Shown piece by piece: positions 10,428 to 25,400 of a stretch of DNA of 64,000 nucleotides (position 1 is its first letter; every line of letters starts with the position of its first letter). The stretch covers positions 6,820,001 to 6,884,000 of the forward strand of contig CM120649.1 in the NCBI GenBank assembly GCA_051362555.1, in the 5' to 3' direction. The stretch comes from Lingula anatina. Its lineage: Eukaryota; Animalia; Brachiopoda. The notes beneath the pieces were generated by a model, which saw only the letters and a program-made list of their open reading frames with translations, was not told the DNA's origin and ran no database searches. The position numbers were made by a program, and so were the translations under genes.

Positions 10428-13400
10428 ATGACTGACCAACAAGTCCGGCAAGATCATCCAGGCTTGGCACTCAAATCTGAAGTTCCTGACTCTGGGCAAT
10501 GTTTGACTGATGGCCAGTCCAAACAAACAGGGACTGACACTGGAAATGGACAGGTAAAGTTTGTTAAGATGACTTAAAGCAAGTCTTAGTGAAATATGCA
10601 GAAATAAAACATGCCAAAATTTGGTATGTTTTATTTCTGCATATTTCATTTTAAAGACATGCTTCATATATGCATGAAAGGCATGATCTTAAACAAAATT
10701 GGCCTTTGTGGCAAATGACTCATACACATTTTTAAAAAATACTACAAAACAAGTCCTCACAAGACTCTCTCTAGCCCAAAAAGTTAAGAAGGCATCATGG
10801 GTAGTTGTCCCTATGCTTGTAGTCAATCAGAGTTCACATGCTGAATACTATTCCTAGAACAGAAATGGTGAGAAATTGTGATAAAAAAGACACTGTGCCC
10901 TTTTTTCAAAGTTGACCTCTAAAACCTATCATTTGATATCTACTTTTTTAACCCATACCTGTAAAGTATCCTTTGGTATTTATGAAAAAAAATGGATTAA
11001 AGTTTTTGGGAGCATTATTATCATTTATTTATTTATTTATTTATTGGGAGGGGGAAAGAAACCATTTAAATCAATTAGTCCTTTATTTTTCACAAAGAGG
11101 TTTACCAATACAGCTTGGAAAGGAAAGTTCCCTGTTACCTTATATTTTTTGCATATGTATGCATGGTAGTCACTCTCAAAACATACAGATGCATCTGTAT
11201 CTCGAGATCTATAGTCAAGTCCTTTTTTACACCCACTTGACTGGAATTGTGAGAGATCATTGAGAACATAAAGATGTGGCTTGAGTTAACGTCAAATTAT
11301 TGCAACTTCTCCCAACCAAAAGCCTCCATGCACATACATGTACTTTCAAATTGTGTATGAACTAAAAGTATTTGTGTATGAACTACATGTATGGTATATT
11401 TAATTCCAAACTGTCATTATCATACGAAAAGAAAAAAAACTTCGTAATGAATTACTGCAATGGTACTTTAACAAATGACAGATACACATTATTACAAGTA
11501 TTTCCTAAATAGGCAACCCCACATCTCCACATATTACTGTGAGCCTCACAAAGCTAAAATTCACCTTCTTTTTCCAATAGCCTTCATATGTAGATATACA
11601 AGAGAGGGAAGCCCAGACCAGAAATGAAGGGGACAGAGTGCAAAGGTGAGTATCACGTGTACTGTACTGGTTGGAAGGAACCATCAATATTCATATATAT
11701 ATACACTCTCCCAGTACAAACTGAACATAAATATTAGCAGGGGCGGATTTAGGCCGTCTTCTGGGACTTCAAGAAGACGGTCAGATTTTCAAGTTTACAT
11801 TGATGGGTATCTATTTTTTTCTGACGGAAGACGGTCAGAAATGGAGGATAGATCAACAAAGATAATTTTGAAGACTCTCAGAAAATATCTCTGGATCCGC
11901 CCCTGATTAGTTTACATTTCAGTTTATCCAGACATAAGTGGATAATTTTAAACAACTACCTGTCATCAAATCTGTCCTATTATATAATACATCCCTTTTT
12001 TTCATTTTTGCAAGTGCTGGCGAAAATAAAGAGACTCAAAGGGAAGAAATTGATGAAGCCATAGCTCCGGTATGTTGCATTTGCCAATTAATATAAGGAT
12101 GAAATGTTTTATCTTCAAATTATGAATTCAACTATCATTAATATCAAATTAATCCACATGATAACATAATTAACTTCCAGAAAATAAAACCAGTCAGGCT
12201 GGTTTTCAATTTTAAATAATTTGTTAGCTTTCCTTCATGGTGTGTATAAACTTCTTCAGTAACTGACTACTACAAAACATAAATTGAACAGACACAGACA
12301 CCGAAATACACACTCCAAAGTGAACTGCTGGTACATGACAGCTCATATCCTTTTTATGTCAATAGGCTTCTTGTATAGATATACATCAGAATGAACAGTT
12401 ACAATCATATGAAAAATGAACTTTATAAATGATTTGCTGCAATATTAAGGTAAACAAACACAGATACACATATGTCTCAGCTTTATTAAAGCTAAAATTC
12501 ACCTTCTATATTAAAGGACTCATACGTAGATATACGAAAGAATGAAGCACAGGCCAAAAGTACAACTAAAGGCGAAAACAAAGAGCCTCAAAGGGAAGAA
12601 ACTGGTGAAGCTGCAGCTCAGGTGTGTAATATTAGCAAATAACAGCATAATGTTTTATCACAAACATGAATTCATCCATCCTTTATACATAAATTAATAT
12701 ATCAATTCATGGAAAAACACCATTTACCTCATGAAAAAAAATACCGATCAGGCTGGTTTTCAATTTTGAATGTCTGTCTGGCTTTCCGTCATATATGAAC
12801 TTCTTCAATTAACTCGCTACTGCAAAACAAAAATTGAACAGACACAGGTACATACATACATTACCTAAATATACATTCCAATACATTATATCTTCACACA
12901 CCATCATGAACCTCCTTATTAAATCTAAAATCCTTTTTATTTCAAAGGCCTCATGTTTGGATATACAGCAGAATGAGGCGCAGACCAGAAATGAAAGGGA
13001 CAGAGTGCAAAAGTGAGTATCACTAGCTGCTTTAGTGGAAATAAACTATCAACCTGCTGTACATACTTAAGTATAAATTGTACAAGAATGAAACTATTAT
13101 GTACATACTGGGGTATGTTCCACAAATATTTCATTGACAAGTTGGGTATAGTTGCAGAAAATCAAATTATTGCCACAATATGAACAAGAGCACTCAAAAT
13201 GCAGACCTATGCCAATTAACTAATAAGTAATAATTAACTAATAATTAACCTTTTATAACTTTACAAATGGTTAAAAAACTTATAATTAACCATTAAATAA
13301 TTGATGGATCATGACTATAATCATTGTTTCAAGATTCATTTGTGACCTATTCTGAAAGATTTTATCAAAGTCTATCCATTACCCTTTGCGTTACATTCAC

Positions 13401-16400
13401 CAGTGTTGCCACAGACCCCCCCCCCCAAAAAAAAAAAAAAGAAGGTAACAAAAACAACCTCCTTGTTGGAGGTAATAAACAAAAATGATAATGTTATTGT
13501 CTCTTACAGAACTCAAACAGCTGACCAACAAAATGGCCAATATCAGCTGTACTTGGAACTAAAACCAGCCACAGGTCAAGACATTCCTGACTCTGATCAA
13601 AATGTAGCCAGACTGACCAATGGTCAAACAGGGAATGGACAGGTAACATTTGTTTAAGTGACTTGGGTTTTTGGGTCAAACAATCTGCCCTCTTTGAGGG
13701 GAAAGGTATGCTCTTGGTAAAATTTGAGCCAAGTCCATAAAGTATTCATGGTAAATGGTCCACTTTTACAGAAAAAAACCTACTCCCTTTGAAATTGTTG
13801 ACTATGGGCCTGGTCTTACTGAAATGTGCAGAAAGAAGACATAACAAAAACATGCGCCGTTTGGCGATTGGAAAAAAAAACAGTTATCATAAGAACCCTA
13901 CTTCCAAAAAAAAAAAAAAATTATGGACTAACAAATCCGCGGATCAAATATGGCTGACCCACTTGAAGGGTTACCACAGGGAATCTTTCCAGTGTCTATT
14001 ATGGGATGTTATAAAGCTTTTAAGTGGGTTGGCCTTATTAGATCCACTATAATCTGTAAGTCCATGGATCAAATTGTTCTGAATTTACCCTTTAAAAAAG
14101 TCATTAATGCCTTGTACCAGTCAGAATTTATAAGATGAATAACACTTGTAGCACAGAAATGATGAGAAATCAAAATAAAATAAAAGTTGCATTGCTTTTT
14201 TTCCCAAAACTGATCTCAAAGGCCTATCAATTTGTTTTTTTTTTCTGGACCCATTCATTCTTGTCAGAAATCCATGACCTTCAAGAGAAAATAGTTAGTT
14301 TCAGGATTTTTTTTCTCTATAACAATCTAAAGCAGTAATACTTTTTTTTTCACAAAAAGAGTTGGCAATGTAGCTTGTAAAATAAATTCCCTTGTCATGT
14401 TATTGTATATATGTTAAAAACACTCAAAACATTAAAAACATCTGTATGCCTTCAGTCAAGTCCCGTAATTTTTCTCTCCACTTGAATAGAATATGGTTCA
14501 TTTTGCGATCACTGAGAACTTTAAAGAAGATATATCTAGAATTAACTTCAAATTATTACAACTAAACCCAACAAATGCCACCATTTAATTCATCTACTAT
14601 GATAATCATGTATTTACTTCCTGTTACAATCATAATAAATTTAAAGAAAAAACTTTATAAATGAATAACTGCAATGTTAAACAAATGCCGATACAAGTAT
14701 AACCAATAAATACACAACCCCACATAGAACATCTTCACACATTTATGTGAGCCTCACTAATACTAAAATTCACCTTTTTATTTCCATAGCCTTCCTATGT
14801 AGATATACAGCAGACTGAAACTCAGGCCAGAAATGAAGGGGACATAGTGCAAAGGTGAGTATCTGGAAAAGTTGGAAGGAACTGTCAATATTTATATATA
14901 TACACTCTCCCAGTACAATTAACCTATAAATATTAGTTTACATTTCAAATAATCCAGATATGAGTGGATAATTTTAAGCAACTGCCATTAAAATCTGTCC
15001 TATTATATAATGTACAGTATCCCAATTTTTTCTCATTTTTCCTTAAGTACAAGTAATGGTGAAAATAAAGAGCCTCAAAGCGAGGAAATTGGTGAAGCTA
15101 TTACTCAGGTATATAGCATAAGCAAATAACAGCATGATATGTTAATCTTCAAAATATAAAATTCAAGCATTATTAATATATTAATTTACAAGAAAACAAT
15201 TAAATTTAAGAAAATTGTTCTAGTCAGGCTGGTTTCAATTCAGGATAATTACTGTCAGTTTGTAACATGGCTTTCCTTAATGGTGTTTACAAACTTCATC
15301 AGTAGCTACAAAACAGAAATTGAACAGACACAGGTACATACATACATACATTACCTAAATATACATTCCAATACATTACATCTTCACACACCATCATGAA
15401 CCTCCTTATTAAATCTAAAATCCTTTTTATTTCAAAAGGCCTCATGTTTGGATATACAGCAGAATGAGGCGCAGACCAGAAATGAAAGGGACAGAGTGCA
15501 AAAGTGAGTATCACTAGCTGCTTTAGTGGAAATAAACTATCAACCTGCTGTACATACTTAAGTATAAATTGTACAAGAATGAAACTATTATGTACATACT
15601 GGGGTATGTTCCACAAACATTTCATTGACAAGTTGGGTATAGTTGCAGAAAATCAAATTATTGCCACAATATTAACAAGAGCACTCAAAATGCAGACCTA
15701 TGCCAATTAACTAATAAGTAATAATTAACTAATAAATAAGCTTTTATAACTTTACAAATGGTTAAAAAGCTTATAATTAACCATTAAATAATAGATGGAT
15801 CATGACAATAATCTTTCCTTTCAAGATTCATTTTTGACCTATCCTGAAACATTTTATCAAAGTCTATCCATTACCCTTTGTATTACATTCACCAGTGTTG
15901 CCACAGACAAAAAAAAATGGTAACAAAAACAACCTCCTTGTTGGAGGTAATAAACAAAAATGATAATGTTATTGTCTCTTACAGAACTCAAACAGCTGAC
16001 CAACAAAATGGCCAATATCAGCTGTACTTGGAACTAAAACCAGCCACAGGTCAAGACATTCCTTACTCTGATCAAAATGCAGCCAGACTGACCAATGGTC
16101 AAACAGGGAATGGACAGGTAACATTTGGTTAAGTGACTTGGGTTTTTGGGTCAAACAATCTGCCCTCTTTGAGGGGAAAGGTGTGCTCTTGGTAAAATTT
16201 GAGCCAAGTCCATAAAGTATTCATGGTAAATGGTCCACTTTTACAGAAAAAAACCTACTCCCTTTGAAATTGTTGACTATGGGCCTGGTCTTACTGAAAT
16301 GTGCAGAAAGAAGACATAACAAAAACATGCGCCGTTTGGCGATTGGAAAAAAAACAGTTATCATAAGAACCCTACTTCCAAAAAAAAAAAAAAAATTATG

Positions 16401-19400
16401 GACTAACAAATCCGCGGATCAAATATGGCTGACCCACTTGAAGGGTTACCACAGGGAATCTTTCCAGTGTCTATTATGGGATGTTATAAAGCTTTTAAGT
16501 GGGTTGGCCTTATTAGATCCACTATAATCTGTAAGTCCATGGATCAAATTGTTCTGAATTTACCCTTTAAAAAAGTCATTAATGCCTTGTACCAGTCAGA
16601 ATTTATAAGATGAATAACACTTGTAGCACAGAAATGATGAGAAATCAAAATAAAATAAAAGTTGCATTGCTTTTTTTCCCAAAACTGATCTCAAAGGCCT
16701 ATCAATTTGTTTTTTTTTTTTTTTCTGGACCCATTCATTCTTGTCAGAAATCCATGACCTTCAAGAGAAAATAGTTAGTTTCAGGATTTTTTTTCTCTAT
16801 AACAATCTAAAGCAGTAATACTTTTTTTTTCACAAAAAGAGTTGGCAATGTAGCTTGTAAAATAAATTCCCTTGTCATGTTATTGTATATATGTTAAAAA
16901 CACTCAAAACATTAAAAACATCTGTATGCCTTCAGTCAAGTCCCGTAATTTTTCTCTCCACTTGAATAGAATATGGTTCATTTTGCGAGATCACTGAGAA
17001 CTTTAAAGAAGATATATCTAGAATTAACTTCAAATTATTACAACTAAACCCAACAAATGCCACCATTTAATTCATCTACTATGATAATCATGTATTTACT
17101 TCCTGTTACAATCATAATAAATTTAAAGAAAAAACTTTATAAATGAATAACTGCAATGTTAAACAAATGCCGATACAAGTATAACCAATAAATACACAAC
17201 CCCACATAGAACATCTTCACACATTTATGTGAGCCTCACTAATACTAAAATTCACCTTTTTATTACCATAGCCTTCCTATGTAGACATACAACAGACTGA
17301 AACTCAGGCCAGAAATGAAGGGGACATAGTGCAAAGGTGAATATCTGGAAAAGTTGGAAGGAACTGTCAATATTTATATATATATATATATACACTCTCC
17401 CAGTACAATTAACCTATAAATATTAGTTTACATTTCAAATAATCCAGATATGAGTGGATAATTTTAAGCAACTGCCATTAAAATCTGTCCTATTATATAA
17501 TGTACAGTATCCCAATTTTTTCTCATTTTTCCTTAAGTACAAGTAATGGTGAAAATAAAGAGCCTCAAAGCGAGGAAATTGGTGAAGCTATTACTCAGGT
17601 ATATAGCATAAGCAAATAACAGCATGATATGTTAATCTTCAAAATATAAAATTCAAGCATTATTAATATATTAATTTACAAGAAAACAATTAAATTTAAG
17701 AAAATTGTTCTAGTCAGGCTGGTTTCAATTCAGGATAATTACTGTCAGTTTGTAACATGGCTTTCCTTAATGGTGTTTACAAACTTCATCAGTAGCTACA
17801 AAACAGAAATTGAACAGACACAGGTACATACATACATTACCTAAATATACATTCCAATACATTACATCTTCACACACCATCATGAACCTCCTTATTAAAT
17901 CTAAAATCCTTTTTATTTCAAAAGGCCTCATGTTTGGATATACAGCAGAATGAGGCGCAGACCAGAAATGAAAGGGACAGAGTGCAAAAGTGAGTATCAC
18001 TAGCTGCTTTAGTGGAAATAAACTATCAACCTGCTGTACATACTTAAGTATAAATTGTACAAGAATGAAACTATTATGTACATACTGGGGTATGTTCCAC
18101 AAACATTTCATTGACAAGTTGGGTATAGTTGCAGAAAATCAAATTATTGCCACAATATTAACAAGAGCACTCAAAATGCAGACCTATGCCAATTAACTAA
18201 TAAGTAATAATTAACTAATAAATAAGCTTTTATAACTTTACAAATGGTTAAAAAGCTTATAATTAACCATTAAATAATAGATGGATCATGACAATAATCT
18301 TTCCTTTCAAGATTCATTTTTGACCTATCCTGAAACATTTTATCAAAGTCTATCCATTACCCTTTGTATTACATTCACCAGTGTTGCCACAGACAAAAAA
18401 AATGGTAACAAAAACAACCTCCTTGTTGGAGGTAATAAACAAAAATGATAATGTTATTGTCTCTTACAGAACTCAAACAGCTGACCAACAAAATGGCCAA
18501 TATCAGCTGTACTTGGAACTAAAACCAGCCACAGGTCAAGACATTCCTTACTCTGATCAAAATGCAGCCAGACTGACCAATGGTCAAACAGGGAATGGAC
18601 AGGTAACATTTGGTTAAGTGACTTGGGTTTTTGGGTCAAACAATCTGCCCTCTTTGAGGGGAAAGGTGTGCTCTTGGTAAAATTTGAGCCAAGTCCATAA
18701 AGTATTCATGGTAAATGGTCCACTTTTACAGAAAAAAACCTACTCCCTTTGAAATTGTTGACTATGGGCCTGGTCTTACTGAAATGTGCAGAAAGAAGAC
18801 ATAACAAAAACATGCGCCGTTTGGCGATTGGAAAAAAAAACAGTTATCATAAGAACCCTACTTCCAAAAAAAAAAAAAAAAAAATTATGGACTAACAAAT
18901 CCGCGGATCAAATATGGCTGACCCACTTGAAGGGTTACCACAGGGAATCTTTCCAGTGTCTATTATGGGATGTTATAAAGCTTTTAAGTGGGTTGGCCTT
19001 ATTAGATCCACTATAATCTGTAAGTCCATGGATCAAATTGTTCTGAATTTACCCTTTAAAAAAGTCATTAATGCCTTGTACCAGTCAGAATTTATAAGAT
19101 GAATAACACTTGTAGCACAGAAATGATGAGAAATCAAAATAAAATAAAAGTTGCATTGCTTTTTTTCCCAAAACTGATCTCAAAGGCCTATCAATTTGTT
19201 TTTTTTTTTTTTCTGGACCCATTCATTCTTGTCAGAAATCCATGACCTTCAAGAGAAAATAGTTAGTTTCAGGATTTTTTTCTCTATAACAATCTAAAGC
19301 AGTAATACTTTTTTTTTCACAAAAAGAGTTGGCAATGTAGCTTGTAAAATAAATTCCCTTGTCATGTTATTGTATATATGTTAAAAACACTCAAAACATT

Positions 19401-22400
19401 AAAAACATCTGTATGCCTTCAGTCAAGTCCCGTAATTTTTCTCTCCACTTGAATAGAATATGGTTCATTTTGCGAGATCACTGAGAACTTTAAAGAAGAT
19501 ATATCTAGAATTAACTTCAAATTATTACAACTAAACCCAACAAATGCCACCATTTAATTCATCTACTATGATAATCATGTATTTACTTCCTGTTACAATC
19601 ATAATAAATTTAAAGAAAAAACTTTATAAATGAATAACTGCAATGTTAAACAAATGCCGATACAAGTATAACCAATAAATACACAACCCCACATAGAACA
19701 TCTTCACACATTTATGTGAGCCTCACTAATACTAAAATTCACCTTTTTATTTCCATAGCCTTCCTATGTAGACATACAACAGACTGAAACTCAGGCCAGA
19801 AATGAAGGGGACATAGTGCAAAGGTGAATATCTGGAAAAGTTGGAAGGAACTGTCAATATTTATATATATATATATACACTCTCCCAGTACAATTAACCT
19901 ATAAATATTAGTTTACATTTCAAATAATCCAGATATGAGTGGATAATTTTAAGCAACTGCCATTAAAATCTGTCCTATTATATAATGTACAGTATCCCAA
20001 TTTTTTCTCATTTTTCCTTAAGTACAAGTAATGGTGAAAATAAAGAGCCTCAAAGCGAGGAAATTGGTGAAGCTATTACTCAGGTATATAGCATAAGCAA
20101 ATAACAGCATGATATGTTAATCTTCAAAATATAAAATTCAAGCATTATTAATATATTAATTTACAAGAAAACAATTAAATTTAAGAAAATTGTTCTAGTC
20201 AGGCTGGTTTCAATTCAGGATAATTACTGTCAGTTTGTAACATGGCTTTCCTTAATGGTGTTTACAAACTTCATCAGTAGCTACAAAACAGAAATTGAAC
20301 AGACACAGGTACATACATACATTACCTAAATATACATTCCAATACATTACATCTTCACACACCATCATGAACCTCCTTATTAAATCTAAAATCCTTTTTA
20401 TTTCAAAAGGCCTCATGTTTGGATATACAGCAGAATGAGGCGCAGACCAGAAATGAAAGGGACAGAGTGCAAAAGTGAGTATCACTAGCTGCTTTAGTGG
20501 AAATAAACTATCAACCTGCTGTACATACTTAAGTATAAATTGTACAAGAATGAAACTATTATGTACATACTGGGGTATGTTCCACAAACATTTCATTGAC
20601 AAGTTGGGTATAGTTGCAGAAAATCAAATTATTGCCACAATATTAACAAGAGCACTCAAAATGCAGACCTATGCCAATTAACTAATAAGTAATAATTAAC
20701 TAATAAATAAGCTTTTATAACTTTACAAATGGTTAAAAAGCTTATAATTAACCATTAAATAATAGATGGATCATGACAATAATCTTTCCTTTCAAGATTC
20801 ATTTTTGACCTATCCTGAAACATTTTATCAAAGTCTATCCATTACCCTTTGTATTACATTCACCAGTGTTGCCACAGACAAAAAAAATGGTAACAAAAAC
20901 AACCTCCTTGTTGGAGGTAATAAACAAAAATGATAATGTTATTGTCTCTTACAGAACTCAAACAGCTGACCAACAAAATGGCCAATATCAGCTGTACTTG
21001 GAACTAAAACCAGCCACAGGTCAAGACATTCCTTACTCTGATCAAAATGCAGCCAGACTGACCAATGGTCAAACAGGGAATGGACAGGTAACATTTGGTT
21101 AAGTGACTTGGGTTTTTGGGTCAAACAATCTGCCCTCTTTGAGGGGAAAGGTGTGCTCTTGGTAAAATTTGAGCCAAGTCCATAAAGTATTCATGGTAAA
21201 TGGTCCACTTTTACAGAAAAAAACCTACTCCCTTTGAAATTGTTGACTATGGGCCTGGTCTTACTGAAATGTGCAGAAAGAAGACATAACAAAAACATGC
21301 GCCGTTTGGCGATTGGAAAAAAAAACAGTTATCATAAGAACCCTACTTCCAAAAAAAAAAAAAAAAAATTATGGACTAACAAATCCGCGGATCAAATATG
21401 GCTGACCCACTTGAAGGGTTACCACAGGGAATCTTTCCAGTGTCTATTATGGGATGTTATAAAGCTTTTAAGTGGGTTGGCCTTATTAGATCCACTATAA
21501 TCTGTAAGTCCATGGATCAAATTGTTCTGAATTTACCCTTTAAAAAAGTCATTAATGCCTTGTACCAGTCAGAATTTATAAGATGAATAACACTTGTAGC
21601 ACAGAAATGATGAGAAATCAAAATAAAATAAAAGTTGCATTGCTTTTTTTCCCAAAACTGATCTCAAAGGCCTATCAATTTGTTTTTTTTTTTTTTCTGG
21701 ACCCATTCATTCTTGTCAGAAATCCATGACCTTCAAGAGAAAATAGTTAGTTTCAGGATTTTTTTCTCTATAACAATCTAAAGCAGTAATACTTTTTTTT
21801 TCACAAAAAGAGTTGGCAATGTAGCTTGTAAAATAAATTCCCTTGTCATGTTATTGTATATATGTTAAAAACACTCAAAACATTAAAAACATCTGTATGC
21901 CTTCAGTCAAGTCCCGTAATTTTTCTCTCCACTTGAATAGAATATGGTTCATTTTGCGAGATCACTGAGAACTTTAAAGAAGATATATCTAGAATTAACT
22001 TCAAATTATTACAACTAAACCCAACAAATGCCACCATTTAATTCATCTACTATGATAATCATGTATTTACTTCCTGTTACAATCATAATAAATTTAAAGA
22101 AAAAACTTTATAAATGAATAACTGCAATGTTAAACAAATGCCGATACAAGTATAACCAATAAATACACAACCCCACATAGAACATCTTCACACATTTATG
22201 TGAGCCTCACTAATACTAAAATTCACCTTTTTATTTCCATAGCCTTCCTATGTAGACATACAACAGACTGAAACTCAGGCCAGAAATGAAGGGGACATAG
22301 TGCAAAGGTGAATATCTGGAAAAGTTGGAAGGAACTGTCAATATTTATATATATATATATACACTCTCCCAGTACAATTAACCTATAAATATTAGTTTAC

Positions 22401-25400
22401 ATTTCAAATAATCCAGATATGAGTGGATAATTTTAAGCAACTGCCATTAAAATCTGTCCTATTATATAATGTACAGTATCCCAATTTTTTCTCATTTTTC
22501 CTTAAGTACAAGTAATGGTGAAAATAAAGAGCCTCAAAGCGAGGAAATTGGTGAAGCTATTACTCAGGTATATAGCATAAGCAAATAACAGCATGATATG
22601 TTAATCTTCAAAATATAAAATTCAAGCATTATTAATATATTAATTTACAAGAAAACAATTAAATTTAAGAAAATTGTTCTAGTCAGGCTGGTTTCAATTC
22701 AGGATAATTACTGTCAGTTTGTAACATGGCTTTCCTTAATGGTGTTTACAAACTTCATCAGTAGCTACAAAACAGAAATTGAACAGACACAGGTACATAC
22801 ATACATTACCTAAATATACATTCCAATACATTACATCTTCACACACCATCATGAACCTCCTTATTAAATCTAAAATCCTTTTTATTTCAAAAGGCCTCAT
22901 GTTTGGATATACAGCAGAATGAGGCGCAGACCAGAAATGAAAGGGACAGAGTGCAAAAGTGAGTATCACTAGCTGCTTTAGTGGAAATAAACTATCAACC
23001 TGCTGTACATACTTAAGTATAAATTGTACAAGAATGAAACTATTATGTACATACTGGGGTATGTTCCACAAACATTTCATTGACAAGTTGGGTATAGTTG
23101 CAGAAAATCAAATTATTGCCACAATATTAACAAGAGCACTCAAAATGCAGACCTATGCCAATTAACTAATAAGTAATAATTAACTAATAAATAAGCTTTT
23201 ATAACTTTACAAATGGTTAAAAAGCTTATAATTAACCATTAAATAATAGATGGATCATGACAATAATCTTTCCTTTCAAGATTCATTTTTGACCTATCCT
23301 GAAACATTTTATCAAAGTCTATCCATTACCCTTTGTATTACATTCACCAGTGTTGCCACAGACAAAAAAAATGGTAACAAAAACAACCTCCTTGTTGGAG
23401 GTAATAAACAAAAATGATAATGTTATTGTCTCTTACAGAACTCAAACAGCTGACCAACAAAATGGCCAATATCAGCTGTACTTGGAACTAAAACCAGCCA
23501 CAGGTCAAGACATTCCTTACTCTGATCAAAATGCAGCCAGACTGACCAATGGTCAAACAGGGAATGGACAGGTAACATTTGGTTAAGTGACTTGGGTTTT
23601 TGGGTCAAACAATCTGCCCTCTTTGAGGGGAAAGGTGTGCTCTTGGTAAAATTTGAGCCAAGTCCATAAAGTATTCATGGTAAATGGTCCACTTTTACAG
23701 AAAAAAACCTACTCCCTTTGAAATTGTTGACTATGGGCCTGGTCTTACTGAAATGTGCAGAAAGAAGACATAACAAAAACATGCGCCGTTTGGCGATTGG
23801 AAAAAAAAACAGTTATCATAAGAACCCTACTTCCAAAAAAAAAAAAAAAAATTATGGACTAACAAATCCGCGGATCAAATATGGCTGACCCACTTGAAGG
23901 GTTACCACAGGGAATCTTTCCAGTGTCTATTATGGGATGTTATAAAGCTTTTAAGTGGGTTGGCCTTATTAGATCCACTATAATCTGTAAGTCCATGGAT
24001 CAAATTGTTCTGAATTTACCCTTTAAAAAAGTCATTAATGCCTTTTACCAGTCAGAATTTATAAGATGAATAACACTTGTAGCACAGAAATGATGAGAAA
24101 TCAAAATAAAATAAAAGTTGCATTGCTTTTTTTCCCAAAACTGATCTCAAAGGCCTATCAATTTGTTTTTTTTTTTTTCTGGACCCATTCATTCTTGTCA
24201 GAAATCCATGACCTTCAAGAGAAAATAGTTAGTTTCAGGATTTTTTTTCTCTATAACAATCTAAAGCAGTAATACTTTTTTTTTCACAAAAAGAGTTGGC
24301 AATGTAGCTTGTAAAATAAATTCCCTTGTCATGTTATTGTATATATGTTAAAAACACTCAAAACATTAAAAACATCTGTATGCCTTCAGTCAAGTCCCGT
24401 AATTTTTCTCTCCACTTGAATAGAATATGGTTCATTTTGCGAGATCACTGAGAACTTTAAAGAAGATATATCTAGAATTAACTTCAAATTATTACAACTA
24501 AACCCAACAAATGCCACCATTTAATTCATCTACTATGATAATCATGTATTTACTTCCTGTTACAATCATAATAAATTTAAAGAAAAAACTTTATAAATGA
24601 ATAACTGCAATGTTAAACAAATGCCGATACAAGTATAACCAATAAATACACAACCCCACATAGAACATCTTCACACATTTATGTGAGCCTCACTAATACT
24701 AAAATTCACCTTTTTATTTCCATAGCCTTCCTATGTAGATATACAGCAGAACGAAACTCAGGCCAGAAATGAAGGGGACATAGTGCAAAGGTGAGTATCT
24801 GGAAAAGTTGGAAGGAACTGTCAATATTTATATATATACACTCTCCCAGTACAATTAACCTATAAATATTAGTTTACATTTCAAATAATCCAGATATGAG
24901 TGGATAATTTTAAGCAACTGCCATTAAAATCTGTCCTATTATATAATGTACAGTATCCCAATTTTTTCTCATTTTTCCTTAAGTACAAGTAATGGTGAAA
25001 ATAAAGAGCCTCAAAGCGAGGAAATTGGTGAAGCTATTACTCAGGTATATAGCATAAGTAAATAACAGCATGATATGTTAATCTTCAAAATATAAAAGTC
25101 AAGCATCATTAATATATTAATTTACAAGAAAACAATTAAATTTAAGAAAATTGTTCCAGTCAGGCTGGTTTCAATTCAGAATAATTACTGTCAGTTTGTA
25201 ACATGGCTTTCCTTAATGGTGTTTACAAACTTCATCAGTAGCTACAAAACAGAAATTGAACAGACACAGGTACATACATTACCTAAATGCACATTCCAAT
25301 ATATTACAGAATGAAGCGCAGACCAGAAATGAAAGGGACAGAGTGCAAAAGTGAGTATTACTGTTTAATTGGGAATAAACTGTCGACTTGCTTTTTAAGT

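Noticed and set aside
12834-24272. Recurring 60-116-aa single-exon ORFs in the array (e.g. MADPLEGLPQ.., MSMKCLWN.., MKLLTMGL..)
   Set aside because: They recur only because the DNA is repeated. They are intronic or antisense, and several shift frame with homopolymer length. Only the parts overlapping the spliced exons are credible.
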